Shown: positions 23,045 to 37,000 of the stretch, piece after piece
How positions within the stretch are numbered: the stretch's first letter is position 1
Layout of the letters: each line of letters begins with the position of its first letter
Source: Malacoraja senta
Taxonomy: Eukaryota
Direction of reading: 5' to 3'
Length of the DNA: 64,000 nucleotides
Assembly (NCBI GenBank): GCA_038087875.1
Contig: CM075996.1
Coordinates: 5,148,001-5,212,000 of the forward strand
Notes under the pieces: model-generated
The model's input: the letters and a program-made list of their open reading frames with translations, nothing else
Database searches by the model: none
Told to the model about the DNA's origin: nothing
Position numbers and translations under genes: made by a program

Positions 23045-26009
23045 CACGCAACACCAATTTGACATCACTGACGCATTGACGACAATGGGTAACCAGCCCG
23101 ATTCCAAATAGTTTGAAAAGAACCATGTGCCTTCAGTAAAATAGAATTCATATCTGGAGAAAAGGAATAGGTGATGTTTCGGGTTGAGAACCTTCTTCAG
23201 ACTGAGTCAGGTGAAAGCCCTTTACCTTGGCTCCTTAAGTCTGAGGAAGGGTCTTGACCAGAAATATCATCTATTCCTTTTCTCCAGAGATGCAGTCTGA
23301 CCTGCTGAGTTACTCCAGCTTTTTCTGTCTAATTTCAGTTTAAACCAGTATCTGCAGTTCCTTCCTACATATAAAATTCATTTAATCCTTCTTAACAAGG
23401 CCAAAATGAACTTGTACATTGATTCTCTCTACTGGAGAAAACATGACGTTGGAGAGGGAAAATACTGATTCAGAAGGACCGAGCTTTCAATGCTAACTGC
23501 AGCAGTGTATTCAGTATTCAAAACCAAAAGATCTGATGCTGTTACTGTTCAGCGATTCCTGGCATAGCTTAACTAATGTTTCATCCTTCCAACACAGACG
23601 ATCTGTGTCATTAATGTAGATCATGTGATAATCACTTCATTGACTGCCATTATTCTTGCAACAGTAAATATGGTTCAAACATATTTTATTGGCTGTGAAG
23701 CACTCCAAGATACATGGTTGTAAAAGATGCTGTATAAATGGAAGATGACCCACCCTCTTTGCCAGTGTCTCTGCTTTTTATTTTTAACATAGATTTGAAC
23801 ATTTGTCAAAGATGCATGGAAACCATTTTGGATTAGTCTCCGAATTGACCAAATGGGAGCTCATAGGTTCATAAGTGATAGGACCGGTAGTAGTCCACTC
23901 CGCCATTCAATCATGGCTGATCTCTCTCTCCCTCATAACCCCATTCTCCTGCCTTCTCCCCATAACCCCTAACACCTGAACTAACGCAGAACCTATCTAT
24001 CTCAGCCTTAAAAATATCCATTGACTTGGCCTCCACAGCCCTCTGTGGCAGTTGGAACAGTTTCAATGCCACATGGTTCTCCTCACAGAAGTCAAAGCAC
24101 ATTTCATCAAATTATGAGGTGAATCCTCCATATACAGGCAGTTCTCCCAATTACTTCATTACTCCTAATTAATCCCCACACTAACACTATCCCACACACA
24201 CTAGGGACAATTTGGAGTGTGTACCAAGCCAATTAACCTACAAACCTGTACGTCTTTGGAGTGTGGGAGGAAACCGAAGATCTCGGAAGAACGTACAAAC
24301 TCCATACAGACGTCGTCGGGATGGAACCCGGGTCTCCAGTGCTGCAAGCGCTGTATGGCAGCAACCCCACCTCGGTGTCAACATGCCGCCCTCTCCTCAT
24401 AACCGAAATGCTGCATCCCAGGCAACACCTTGGCAAATCGACTCTGCACCTTCTCCAGCACTATCACATATTTCAAAGTGTGCAATGACCAGAAATGGAC
24501 ACGCTACACAAACAGAGGTCAGACCAATGTGGAGCTGGTAGTCAATGTCCCAACTAATGAAAGGCAGTATCCCATCTTATTTATAACTTAAGATCTTTAA
24601 TTTTCAGTATCAAGGAACTTCTCTTCCTCAATACTCCCTTAGATCCAACCATTCATCGTAAATGTCCTAGCCTCAATAGCACCCCTAAAATGAGCCATGT
24701 ATTGGAAAATTGGGTTAATAAAGGTAGATGCCCACAGATCGGCATGTTTGTGGTTGGCAGAATGGCATGTATCCACTTACTTGGACTAAACTCCATCGGC
24801 CATTTTTCAGCCCATTTCACCAATACATTGGTATCTATCACCCTGTAACTTGGGACTACCCTCCAAACTATCGACAAACTCCACCAATCTTTGTATCATC
24901 CGTGGACTTACTGATCATGGTATCTACATCCAAATCATTTATGCATGTTACAGCAGTGGTCCCAGAACTGATCCCCATCAAACACCACTTGTCACATGCT
25001 TCCAAAAAAACCCACTACCATTACCCTGTCTCCTATAGTCAAGTCCATTTTATAACTTACTCAATGTGACACAGGGGAAGACCACTCAACTTCCATCGTT
25101 GTTCCCAGCAAAGCAATCTCATAACTCCTAATCCCCCACTTATTTTTCATTAACCCATCCTCCCTCATATGGCCATCAACATACCTTGGGTTCACTTGCC
25201 ACTATCCAGCACGATGCAATTTACAATAGCCCATGAATCTACCAGCACTTTGGGATATGTGGAGGGGAAAAAACTGTAGGAAATGGAGATACCCACTCTC
25301 TATCACTGGACAAATGTGCTAATTCCACTGACAACAGAGGACAGAATTAAACCCAGATTACTAACTTTTGTGCTATTGTATCACGGACAAAATGAAAAGT
25401 TAACATATTAAGCAAATGTAGCATTTGAGATTCGAACACGGACCTCTGGATGTTGTGCATCCGAAACACCATAGCAAAAAAAAATCACACCCTTTGATCA
25501 ACAATTCCTTGTCCTTCGTCTTGTGTGCAGTTGTTCGATCAAAGCCTACTGCTATTGTTACAGTTGAAACTGGGTTGTGACGTGCAAAGTAAGTGTATGG
25601 CGTAGTTAAGTCAAGTGATCGAGATAACGTGTGCAGTCGCAGAATGAGACGGCTGTAGAACCCATTTTTAATAGATGGACATTAAAAGAGAACTATGGTA
25701 CAAAGTGTCTTTATCTTGAAGATAGACTTCAAGGCAACAGAAAACATGACACCAACCCTCACTCGATTTGAAAGCTTTATATAATCAAGCTTATGTAAAC
25801 AGCACAGGTGTTTTTTTTATTTTAAGTGTTCACATCAAACTCTTAAGCCTGCTTTGCCATTCAATAAGGTCATGACTGTTCTTCAACCTCCTTGTCCATT
25901 TCCCGCACTATCCCCATCTTCTCAATCCCCTTAAACAAACGAAAATCATCCTGAATACACCATGACTGAGTTCATAGCCCTTCAATAGAGAATCCCAGTC
26001 ATTACCCTC

Positions 26010-26488
26010 TAGAACATACAACAGTACAGCACAACAGGCCCTTCATAATACATGTCCCTCCATATCCATTTGCCTATCCAAAAGTTTCATAAATGCCACA
26101 ACCACCATACCTGCCTCAACCACCACACCCCTTAAGTGTTTCAGGTACTCATCACCCTGTGTGTAAAATAACGTATCCTGCATATCTCCTTTAAACTTTG
26201 TCCCTCTCACTTTAAAGCTATGCCCTCTGTTTTATTTTTCTCCAATCGTGGGGAAAAGGTTCTGGCTGTCTATCATATCTAATTATATTTTATATACTTC
26301 TATTAGATTTCCCTGCAATCTCCAGCATGCAAGAGAGTACAATCCAAGTCTGTCCAATCATTCCCAGTAACTAATACTTCCTAATCCAGGCATCATTCTG
26401 GTAAACCTCCTCTGCACCCTCTCCAAAGCTTCCACATCCTTCCTGGAATCAGGCAACCAGAACTGCACGCTATGCTCAAAATATGTTT
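26010..26488 (-). mobile_element. 5'-truncated CR1-like LINE 3' end fused to the H4 retrocopy
   Basis: Minus strand reads as the RT C-terminus (..[29 protein letters not shown]..) through to a GAAGGGCCTGTTGTGCTGTACTGTTGTATGTTCT tail. Confidence 0.8.
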
Positions 26489-26492
26489 TTGG

Positions 26493-26776
26493 GGGTGGGG
26501 CTTAGAAGAGCCTTTGTTTTGTGCTCGGGAGAACAGCAGCTCTGGCGTTTCAGCGCCCACACATCCATGGCCGTGACCACCTTGCGCTTGGCATGGTCGG
26601 TGACAGCATCCCTGATCACATTCTCCAGAAAAACCTTTAGCACCCTGTGGATCAGACCCAAGATCCACTTGACCCTGCCAAGCAGTGGCTGGCTGGTTTG
26701 GTGATGCTCTGGGTGTCTTCGAAAAGCATTTTCTAGTGCTGCTCAGTCATTTACCTCCTTTCCCTCTGCCAGACGT
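26493..26776 (-). pseudogene. Histone H4 retro-pseudogene with remnant 3' stem-loop
   Basis: Start mutated to ACG, then SGRGKGGK*(TGA), frameshifts and deletions, ...SITKPA..., [32 protein letters not shown]. Followed by AAAGGCTCTTCTAAGCCCCACCC, a degenerate histone stem-loop (canonical AAAGGCTCTTTTCAGAGCCACCC). Confidence 0.9.
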
Positions 26777-28704
26777 GATGCTGCTTCACTTCAGTCGCGG
26801 CAATGGCTAAAGAAATTTCTTTTATATCTTAGTCCTGGAGGGCGAGCCCTTATTTTGAATCTGTCACCCCAGTCCGAAATGTCTCAACTAGGGCAAATCA
26901 TTCTTGTGTCTATCCATCAATTCCCTGACGAACCATACACATTTAGTCTAGATTGCATCTTATTATTCTAAATTTCGGAGTTTACAGTCTAATCTGCTTA
27001 CTCTCTCCTAAATGGGCAAATTCTACTCATTCCACGGATGAACCTCATGAACATATCCTGCTCTCTCCCAATTGCAATTTAACCATTCCTCGGGTAGGGA
27101 GACCCGACACAAGTTTTCGGTTAAAGGTCTTACCAGGGCTCTATATAATCCTCTTGTAATACCACTTCCCTTCCTAATTGCAAGCTGCACTTGCATGTTG
27201 ATATTCAGTAAATTGTACAAAGACTATCAGATCCTCCAATCGCCAACACCTTCCAATCTCTCACCATTAAAAAAAATACTGCTCTCGAATCTTTGTTTTT
27301 TGCATCTTCTTCAGTTTCCCGATATTCTTTTTCCAGTAGTAAGCCATGCAAATAACAGTTGGATGACTTTTGCACAGAAGTTGTCACAACCAAAGTGAAA
27401 AGGTGGATCCTTTGCCTGCCTTGGTATACATTCTCACATTCATACATGTACACAATATTTAGCAGCCATTGCAGGTCAGAGAAAACAATGAAGATATACT
27501 TGCATCAATGAAGCATCTTTATCAATGTCAGAACAGTTCAAAAGCAATTCATACAAATGAATTCTTCCAAAGCAGTGACATCACAGCCATTCTACACGAG
27601 TTACAGCCCAAACACCAATTTACATGAATAGCCACTTTTGGCAGTATTCATTATGGGAATAATTTTGGCTCAAAGAACACAATAATTCCCTGCTCTTCTT
27701 CTGTTGGAGCCATGGAATCCATATCAGGCATCTGAACAGGCTGCATTCAGTTTAACACTCAATAAAAACACACCCTGACAATGCATTATTCCCAGCACTG
27801 TCTTTTAATAGCAAACCATAGAGTCCTATAAGTTTGTAAACTTCCTATTTTTTTAAATCCACAGAAGAGTTTTCCAACTATATGCTCACAGTTTAATGTT
27901 GCGCGGGGGAAATTTGATTTCCCATTTGTCCAGCAGAAAATAGTGTGGATTACCAGGCTAGGGAAGTTCAGCAGCAAACTTCTACTGCCGTAGGATTTGA
28001 CCACATTACAAAATAATGTAACCGCCCCCACCCCCCTCCCCAAATACTATTAATGTAACAAAACCTGAGTTTCTGCATTCTAAAATATCAAAGATCAATA
28101 AGGCCTGCAAATTACCTGTTTTTACCTGACACCTCTACTGCAGTTTACATTCTGATCTTTTAAAATAGGCATAGAGAGAATATCCCTTTTATGCAGGCAC
28201 AGGGCAGTCAATACCATAAAGAGATTAACAGCATTACTGCACAGTTGTTAAGAGCAATGCTGCTCAGATGCTAATTTAGAGTCAAAGAGAATGATACAGC
28301 ACGGAAACAAGCCCTTCAGCCCAACTCGGTCATGCCAACCAAGATGCCCCATCTAAACTAGTCCCATTTGCCTGCATTTGGCCCTTCCATGTACTTGTCC
28401 GTGTCTTTTAAATATTGTTATTGTACCTGCCTCAACTACCTCCTCTGGCAGCTCATTCCATATACCCAGCACCCCGAGTGAATCATTTATATAAATAAGA
28501 CTGAAGTTACTAGGTAAACAGAGTCCTACTCTCCCAATATCCCGACACAAGAATAAAAGCTAATATTACCATTTCTAATTGAGATCATTAGAACTTTCCA
28601 CTTTACCCCAACTTTGCATCTGCAACGCCCATGTTATCTGAAGCATAAACGTGACTGCTATTTTTTAGCAATACCAGATAACAGCTCAATATAAGCAAAT
28701 AAAA

Positions 28705-29347
28705 TCAAAGTAAGCATGCAGGTACAGCAGGCAGTGAAGAAAGCCAAGGGCATGTTGGCCTTCATTGCGGGAGGATTTGAGTTTAGGAGCAAGGAGGTCC
28801 TACTGCAATCGTACAGGGCCCCGGTGAGACAGCACCTGGAGTGTTGTGTGCAACTTTGGTCTCCTAAATTGAGGAAGGACTTTATTCCTATTGAGGGAGT
28901 GCAGCGTAGGTTCACCAGGTTCATCCCGGGATGGCGGGACTGACATATGATGAAAGAATGGGTCGACTGGGCTTGTATTCACAGGAATTTAGAAGGATGA
29001 AATCCTTAAGGTTTGGTCAGGCTAGATGCAGAAAAAATGTTCCCGATGTTGGGGGAGTCCAGAACCAGTGGTCACAGTTTAAGAATAAAGGGTAGCCCAT
29101 TTAGGACTGAGATGAGGAAAAACTTTTTCACCCAGAGAGTTGTGAAACTGGAATTCTCTGCCACAGAAAGCAGTGGAGGCCAATTCACTGGATGTATTTA
29201 GCTCTTAGGGCTAATGGAATCAAGGGATATAGGGAGAAAGCAGGAAAGGGGTACTGATTTTGGATGATCAGCCATGATCGTATTGAATGGCTCGAATGGC
29301 CGATTGGCCTACTCCTGCACCTATTTTTCTATGTTTTCTATGTTTCT
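28705..29347 (+). mobile_element. CR1-like LINE 3' fragment
   Basis: MQVQQAVKKAKGMLAFIA...QRRFTRFIPG...[11 protein letters not shown]. Confidence 0.88.
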
Positions 29348-31002
29348 GTGTGAACAGGCTGGGTCAATGCTCAGAAGCAAAACAGACTGCTCAGGGATGA
29401 TAGTATTTAGACAATCCAAAAGGACTGCATGATGCAAACTCTTTATATTCATATCAAATTTGGGGGTAGGATTCATACATGAATAGATCAATAATTGTGA
29501 GGCAATAGGTTATCCCATAGTCATCTTTAAATCAGCCCCGATCATTTGGCATGTTCAGTTTTCAAAGCCATTTAGAAGACGAAAGCATCTCTTTTGAAAA
29601 GATGCACTGGGAATATATTAGACTAGTGCTCTTGTTTTATTCTATTTATTTATTTTCCCTCTTTGCCAGAAGGCAATAATGTTTGGTACAACATGGTTCT
29701 GGAGAGATGTCACAATCGGCACTCAAGATTAGATGGCAAGCTCGGGTGAGCTATTTATATTTTGGCACCATTAAACACAATTTCAATTCTGTCCTCAGGT
29801 TTTTTCTTTGCACTAGTAGTGGGGTTATTAATTTATTCAATTTTTTGTGTTCTACATATTTTTATCTTTGTGTATTGTGTTTGCAGGCCTGTTGAGATGT
29901 TGCAAGTAGGAATTTCATTGTTCCCTTGTTGGTACATATGACAATTAAACAGTCTTGATTTTTGAACAGACTTAAGCACACATTCCAGTAATAGTCAAAA
30001 GATGAAAAATATCACAACCCAAGGCAGTGTCCAACCTGTCAAAAGCTGGAATGCTATCCCCACATCATCATAGTTTTGTATAGTGCAGACCAGAGAGAAC
30101 TGGTGATATGACTGTCTGCAAATGAATAATTCCTTCATCCATCAATGAAATAGAGTGCTTTAGTTTACTTTTTTCTGGTAGTGGGGTGAGGGGGCAGAAT
30201 GAGATGGATGGGAACAAAGAGGATAAATGACAAAACTACACAAACCGATTCCTAAAATTCTCTATAGAACAAATCCTTCATTAGGGGAGGTAGATAGTGC
30301 AGGCTAGAGGATTGAGGAAGCGATCCTTCAGCAAATAACATCGACCCAACAGTCATATCGCCGGGATACTAGAAACTTGCCTCGTACTATAAACTGCAGA
30401 GATATATTATGTTGGAAGAGCTTTATATGTCCATTTAAGGACTTCCTGCTTTAGCATTTGACCCCACCAACTAATTTCATAAATAAACAACTATCACTTT
30501 GTAATAATGTGTGCCTGTCTCTCCAGATAAGCGAACTCCCCTACCCGTGATATGATACAGGGGATATTTTTTTTAAGCAAGCACCAGGAGTCTGATAAAG
30601 GGCCACAACTTAGGTTACACCAAACAATGTTTGTTGAAAGTCAAGGAAATATGGCCATTCTCCTCTCACCATCTCCCACCACCAAAAACAGCAGAAGGAG
30701 ACACAAGATGAGCCACCAGTCACCAACATTTAATTCCAACTTTGCTTTCCTTAGCAGCTAGCTGAGAAGAAAGCACTGGCCAGAGTCTGCAGCAAGTTGT
30801 CACGGAAGCCTTGACAACGTTTGAGTTAAATTTTCCATCCAGACAGAAGCAAGAATCCAGTCTGTAGCATGAAGAAGATGAAGCATTTTGCACTGTGCAG
30901 CCAGAGGCATTCTGCAGCTGCTGGGCGGTTCTTCCATAATATGGATATGCTCTAAAGTCCATGTCCTTGGTTTGGTGCACCGATTACGACACAGCCGGGG
31001 TA

Positions 31003-31072
31003 CTAAAGATTCGCCATGGTCTCCAACAGATTGTATTTGGCATGTTGACAGCTGTCAAAAGCACGATTTTGC
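31003..31072 (-). CDS. RANGAP1: RANGAP1 last coding exon
   Basis: [22 protein letters not shown] (human PNSALESCSFARHSLLQTLYKV); phase matches exon 14. Confidence 0.88.
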
Positions 31073-34000
31073 CTATGTCAAATATGGGGGGGGAAAAAGA
31101 GAGCGATCAGAACAAAAGTAAAATCCAGAAAATGGCAGAAGTACTCAGCAGGTCTGAAAGCAGATGTAAAGAGAGAAACCAGACTCGTGACTTTTCATTA
31201 CAGCCATGACAAAATCTAAATTCACTGTTACTTTGCTTGGGATATGTTGCAAGCAACAAGAGAGCTAGTGGATATTAGGTTCAGGGGATTACGATAGCAA
31301 GCTGTGTTGGGGAAACTGCCACAAAGCCTCGCGAGTCATAAGCTCCACGATCTTGCGGGCTCAGTTTATGTTCATCTATGTGTCAATGAGAATACATTTT
31401 TATTGCTGCCGGAGTGCCAGTGGGGAAAAGGGGAACATGTCAAGTTACCAGCTCAGCATGGTGCCGAGAGGGGCAATTTTGTTTTAACTTACAGGGTGGT
31501 ACAAATCTGAATTGTTCGAACTCCAAGACCAAGAGAACTAAATCAAATCAGTACTGCAAGGTCATTCACAAAGGGTGGTGAATCTGTGGAATTCATTGCC
31601 ACAGACGGCTGTGGAGGCTAAGTCTTTAGTTATCTTTAAAGCGGAGATTGACAGGTTTTTGACCAGTAAGGATGTCAAAGGTTGCAGGGAAGAGGCAGGC
31701 GAATGGAATGGAGAGGGAAAGATAGATTAACCAAGATTGAAATGCAGAGTAGACTCGACAGGTTGAATGGCCTAATTCTGCTCCTATGACCAATGAACTT
31801 ATACGAAGAAGCAGGATGCCAGTGTAATTATTTAAAATTTCTGGCATTTTACTCTCGCTTGTACTTTCATCACGGGAAAACAAAATATTTTTCAAGATCC
31901 AGAGAAGAAGAGGTGAAGAGGAGAGGATATGTAGAAGGTAACATTATTGTATTATAGGACGAAATGGATGACAGGACACAAGGTGAAGGTAGGTGACATG
32001 GCTTGCAAAGGAACACAATTACATTCTAGGAGGTGAGAGTGGAAGCAGCAAAATAATTAACTGAAAGGCCAGAATGTTGAACATCCAAACTTAAAATATG
32101 ATTTTGTGAAATTTTCTGTTGCATGACTGCAACATGCCTAATCAGGCATTTGATTGTATAGCAAGCACTGGAGTTCCTTTGCAATCACGTAGGAAGCAAA
32201 CAATGGAGCACTCTAAATGAGAGTGGAATAGCTAATTAAACTGACAGGCAGGTTCTGGAGTGATCACTAATGGGTTTTAGCTTCCCCACAGGGTCCATAG
32301 CTCAAGCAGGAATTGCAGTATATGCATATCAAGATTGGAACAAAGTTAGTAGCTCGAAAGGATCATATGATACAGAAGGTCATCAGGCCCTTCATAGCGT
32401 CACATCTTCAGTGGCCGAACAGTCCTTTATTCAGGTCTCTGCATTTCTTGAAACACTAGATTCACAGCTGGTCTTTCAGCCAAATCCCATCATTGTTCAC
32501 TAGTCGTCTAAATATATTTGACCGTATGAGGAAGTGAGACGCGAGCCATATTTTAAGCATCACTAATATGAAACAAACACTTGACGAGGCAGAAAATTTT
32601 GCACTTACTTATTGAGGAATGCACTCAAAATAGGGATGATGGAGCGTGGAAAGTAGTTTTTCTGAATGACTTGTTTGAGGACTGTCAGAGGCCCAATCAG
32701 ATTACTGATCACTTTAATCTTTTCCTCACTCTTGAAAGAACAAAACAGAAAGTGGTTTAGAAAAAGGCACAGAATTTTAGAGATAATATCACAACATACT
32801 AGGCAGGTTTATTCTGTCACCATGCAAGCTTTCTGAATAAGCCGTCCAGTCTGCCCAAAGTTCCCAGCCCGGTAAATATTTTCATTTCCCTTGTGAAGAA
32901 ATTGTACCAAGTCCAACCATTCTTTTAGCCAGTGCTTTTCAGGTTTCCATAACTTACAACAGAACAGAATTTCTTGCATCTCGTGCCTTTTTTCAATCAC
33001 GTTATATCCAAGCTGATTTATTACAACTCTTCTGCCACTCGGAATTGGAGTTGCTCTTATTTACATTGCCTCTCATCTATTTGAACTCCTTCAAGAAATC
33101 TTCTCTGAGCGTTCTCTATTCCGAAAACAATTACCCCAGTTTCTGTAGTTCCTTCAAATAACCGGTCTTTCAATTCCAATACTATTCCAGTATATGTCTT
33201 TTTCACTTGCTCCAAAATATTGACATCTTTCCTAATGTGAGTGGAAGTAAACTTTATGGAAGCCATGAAGCAAACGCAATGCTGGCATTTATTTTGAGAG
33301 GGCTAGAATACAAAAACAGGGATGTAATGCTGAGGCTCTATAAGGCGCTGGCAAGGACTCATTTGGAATATTGTGAGAAATTTTGGGCATCATATCTGAG
33401 GAAAGATGTGCTGGATCTGGAGAGGGTCCAGAGGTGGTTTACAAGAATGATCCCAGGAATGAGTAGGTTAATCTATGATGAGCGATTGTCGGCACTGGGC
33501 TTGTACTCGGTGGAGTTTAGAGGAATGAGGAGGGACCTCATTGAAATGTACAGAATAGTGAAAGGCTTGGATAGAGTCGATGTGAAGAGGATGTTTCCAC
33601 TAGTGGGAGAGTCTAGGACTAGAGGTCGTTGCCTCAGAATTAAAGGACGTTCTTTTAGGAAGGAGACGAGGAGGAATTTCTTTAGTCAGAGGATGGTGAA
33701 TCTGTGGAATTCTTTGCCACAGAAGGATGTGAAGGCCGAGTCAGTGGATATTTTTAAGCACAGAACAAATAATTAATAACAGCACATAAGCAGGTCCATC
33801 AGCCATTCATGTTTTCTCCTCGCCAAACGCCCAAGGTTCTACCACTTTTCTATACATAAAAAACAATTTATAATGGCTAACTGATTTATCAGCCCACACA
33901 TTTATAGAATGAGGATAAACTGCAACATCCAGGGGAAACTCATAGGGCCACAAGGAGATGTGCAAACTCCGCACCGTTAGGACTGGGTCATTGGAGCTGT

Positions 34001-37000
34001 AAGACAGCAGCTCTATTAGTTGCACCACTGTGCTACCCATTTGTAAACTTATATGCTATTGTATTCCATGCCCATTAACATTTAATGAGGCAAATCAGAA
34101 CAAAGACAGTGACATCCAGGATAATACATCAACACCCAGGCCACGGTTGTATGAAATGGATCTTCGGCATCAGTTCTTACCTTCAGCAGCCCCATATACA
34201 CCAAGAGGGTAGTGATGAAAAGATCTAGTTGAAATCCAGGAGTCTTGAATGCTTTCTGCAAAAGTTCATCTATACAGGGGGAAAATGCACATTTTATTCC
34301 ATTATTCTCAATTTCATGTTTGCTCATGTTTGGCTTTGATAAAGGCAAGTAGTACAGACTTCACATTTTTCAAAACGAGAGTTCCTTTCAAGAATGTGGA
34401 CAACACCAATATCGCCAACATTTTAATACCAATTCTTAATTTCCATGGAGAAGGCGGTGGAGGCTTTCTTTAACTGCACAGTCTGCTAGTAATGTATGCT
34501 ACCCAATATGTTTAGACTACTTCATAATGGAAATGGGATTCAAATTAGAGCTCCAAACTATAGTGGGTTATATTTTTGTAGAAAAGAATATTAATTATGG
34601 CTTGTATTGGCTTGGTTCTTTGTATGCATAATGGCTACAACATTAATATCTTCAATGGTCAAAAAGAATAAATACCTGGATTTAAATCAGAGCAAAATAA
34701 GTATTTTTGAAGAATTGTTGTAAACTGAAAAAACAATGTTCATGCAATAAGCTCCTATAAACAGCAAAGTGATACCAGCTAGATACTTCAATACTGAAAG
34801 ATAAATATTGACAAATACAAGAGTGAACACGTGTGCTTTTCTTAAAATTCTACTTTAGGATTTTGTTTTTCGAGAAGACAGGCCAAGCTTTGATTTCCAT
34901 CTCACCCAAAAGACAATATCCCCAATAGAATGAAAACACCTTCAGTATCACATTGGAGTGACAGAACATTATTAAAAAGTGCGTGAATGGCTTGGCAGAG
35001 GATGAAACTGCAAGCTGAATTCGACTCGAGGGTACTGCCCACTGAATCTCAAACTTACCCGAGAACTGTACATAGTGCACCTAATACTACAGCTGCATTT
35101 TAGACCAACACAGTTCATAGTTGTACCCACTGCACACAGGAAAACTTCTGGATCATTACTGAATTAGGTCAATTGGATAAAGTTTCGAGTGTTGATGCCC
35201 CAAATCTTTCCAGCGCTCGAACTAAAGTCTTATTGGAATTCCAGATTTTAATATAACAAATCCAAAGCACAAAGTTCAAACAGAACTCAGAATGAACGCG
35301 GGCCATTTTTCTGCAGAGTTGTTAGGGAGAGGTCTACACACAATTTGGATTCAAACTATAAGATATTCAAGCTGCCTATACATCAAAGCAATTCAGTCAA
35401 TAAAGATGACAAACGTTTTACCTGCAGTTTCTAGTACAGCTGTTTTTGTTTCCTGGTCCTCTTTGTAGACTGCAGATACTTTCAGAAATGTTTGAACAAC
35501 TTTTTCAGCATTTGATAGATCGGTCTGAGGACAACAACCAAAGGAAAATTAATTCAAGAGAGTTGTCCCTTCACTCTTTTTCCCATGCCTATTCTCACAG
35601 GGATAGATCTATATTATGGTTCATTATGGTTTAACAATCAGCACTTGTCCAGTTGTGTCTAGACAGTAAATATCACCACTCATGAACTGAAAGATCAGCT
35701 CAAATCGAGTTACGTTAATTAGAACAAAGGGGCGGCACACTGGTAGAGTTACTGCCTTACAGCGCCAGAAACCCGGGTTCAACACTGACTACGAGTAATG
35801 TCTCTACGGAGTTTGTACGTTCTCCCTGTCACTGTGTGGGTTTTCTCTAGCTTCCTCCCACACTCCAGAGATGCACAGGTTCGTAGGTGAATTGGGTCTG
35901 TAAATTGTCCCTAGTGCGTAGCATAGTGCTAGTGTACGGGGTGATCACTAGTCGGCGCGGCGTGGGCTGAAGGGCATGTTTCCACGCCCTTTGTTTATAG
36001 TAAAAAAGTAAACAACACGTCTTTGATAAAGTTTGAGGTGACAAAGGTGATTAATGATGGCAGGATGGTGGATATTATCTACATAGATTTTTGTAAGGCA
36101 TTTGTTAAAAGCCCCCTAGATAGGTTGATCTAGAGATTAAGATGCACAGGATTAACAGCGACGCACTTATTTAGATTCAGAACTGGCTTAATGAGAAAAG
36201 GTAGAGGATTATGGTGGAAGGACAATATTCAGGCCGCAGATCTGTGCCCAGTGGAGTTCTGCAATCCAAGTCTGTCCAACCTCTCCTGTAGCTAATACCC
36301 TCCAATGATTGAGACATCAATGTACTGACAGCACCCATGGAACAAGACCTCTTAAGCAATATGTTGGCTGTGAAGAATGAGGAAATCATAAGGGAAGAAT
36401 ATTGTAAAGGAAATACTAGATATTTGCACAGTACCTGTTGTAATAGCAAATGTGAACGTTTAGGCCCCAGTTTAAGCAGTTTGTCCGGGGATGGAAAGGC
36501 CAAGAAGGTTGCAGCTTCTGGTTCTGGGGTGATTCCAATTGTTATCTAGTAAAATAAAATAATAAATGAAAGCATGGAATAATCAGAGAGTAGCCTAGTT
36601 GGAGAACACAAGCTTCCTTTCCAGTGATTGCAATAAAGGACAAAATAGATCACTGAAGATCAAATGAGGTGCAGCCATCAAGCCTTCCATAAACCGTAGC
36701 ACAATCACTTGTATTCTATGCAATACCAAGTCCCATTTACAAACTATCCCTGGGATCCTGATTCTCCAATGTATCAAATGTATCTCAAAGCTCAAATGCC
36801 TTTATGCAGCCTCCACATCTTCCCCACCCACTCTCTTAGACCTGCTCTAACCTCTAATTCCACAACCAAATGTAGTCTTAAACCCCAATGTTACAGGATT
36901 CTGTTCCACCTATTCTGGCTTTGCATTGTTCACTCCACCTTTGACAGCCTTACCTTCAGCATCCAAGCACTACTCTGTTACACTGCATCTCTAAGCTCTT

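Noticed and set aside
25415..25475. tRNA-like GTTCGAATC loop and small hairpin on the minus strand
   Set aside because: Cannot be folded into a cloverleaf; probably a decayed repeat.
26493..26776. Functional histone H4 gene
   Set aside because: Start codon mutated to ACG, in-frame stop, frameshifts and deletions in a normally invariant protein.
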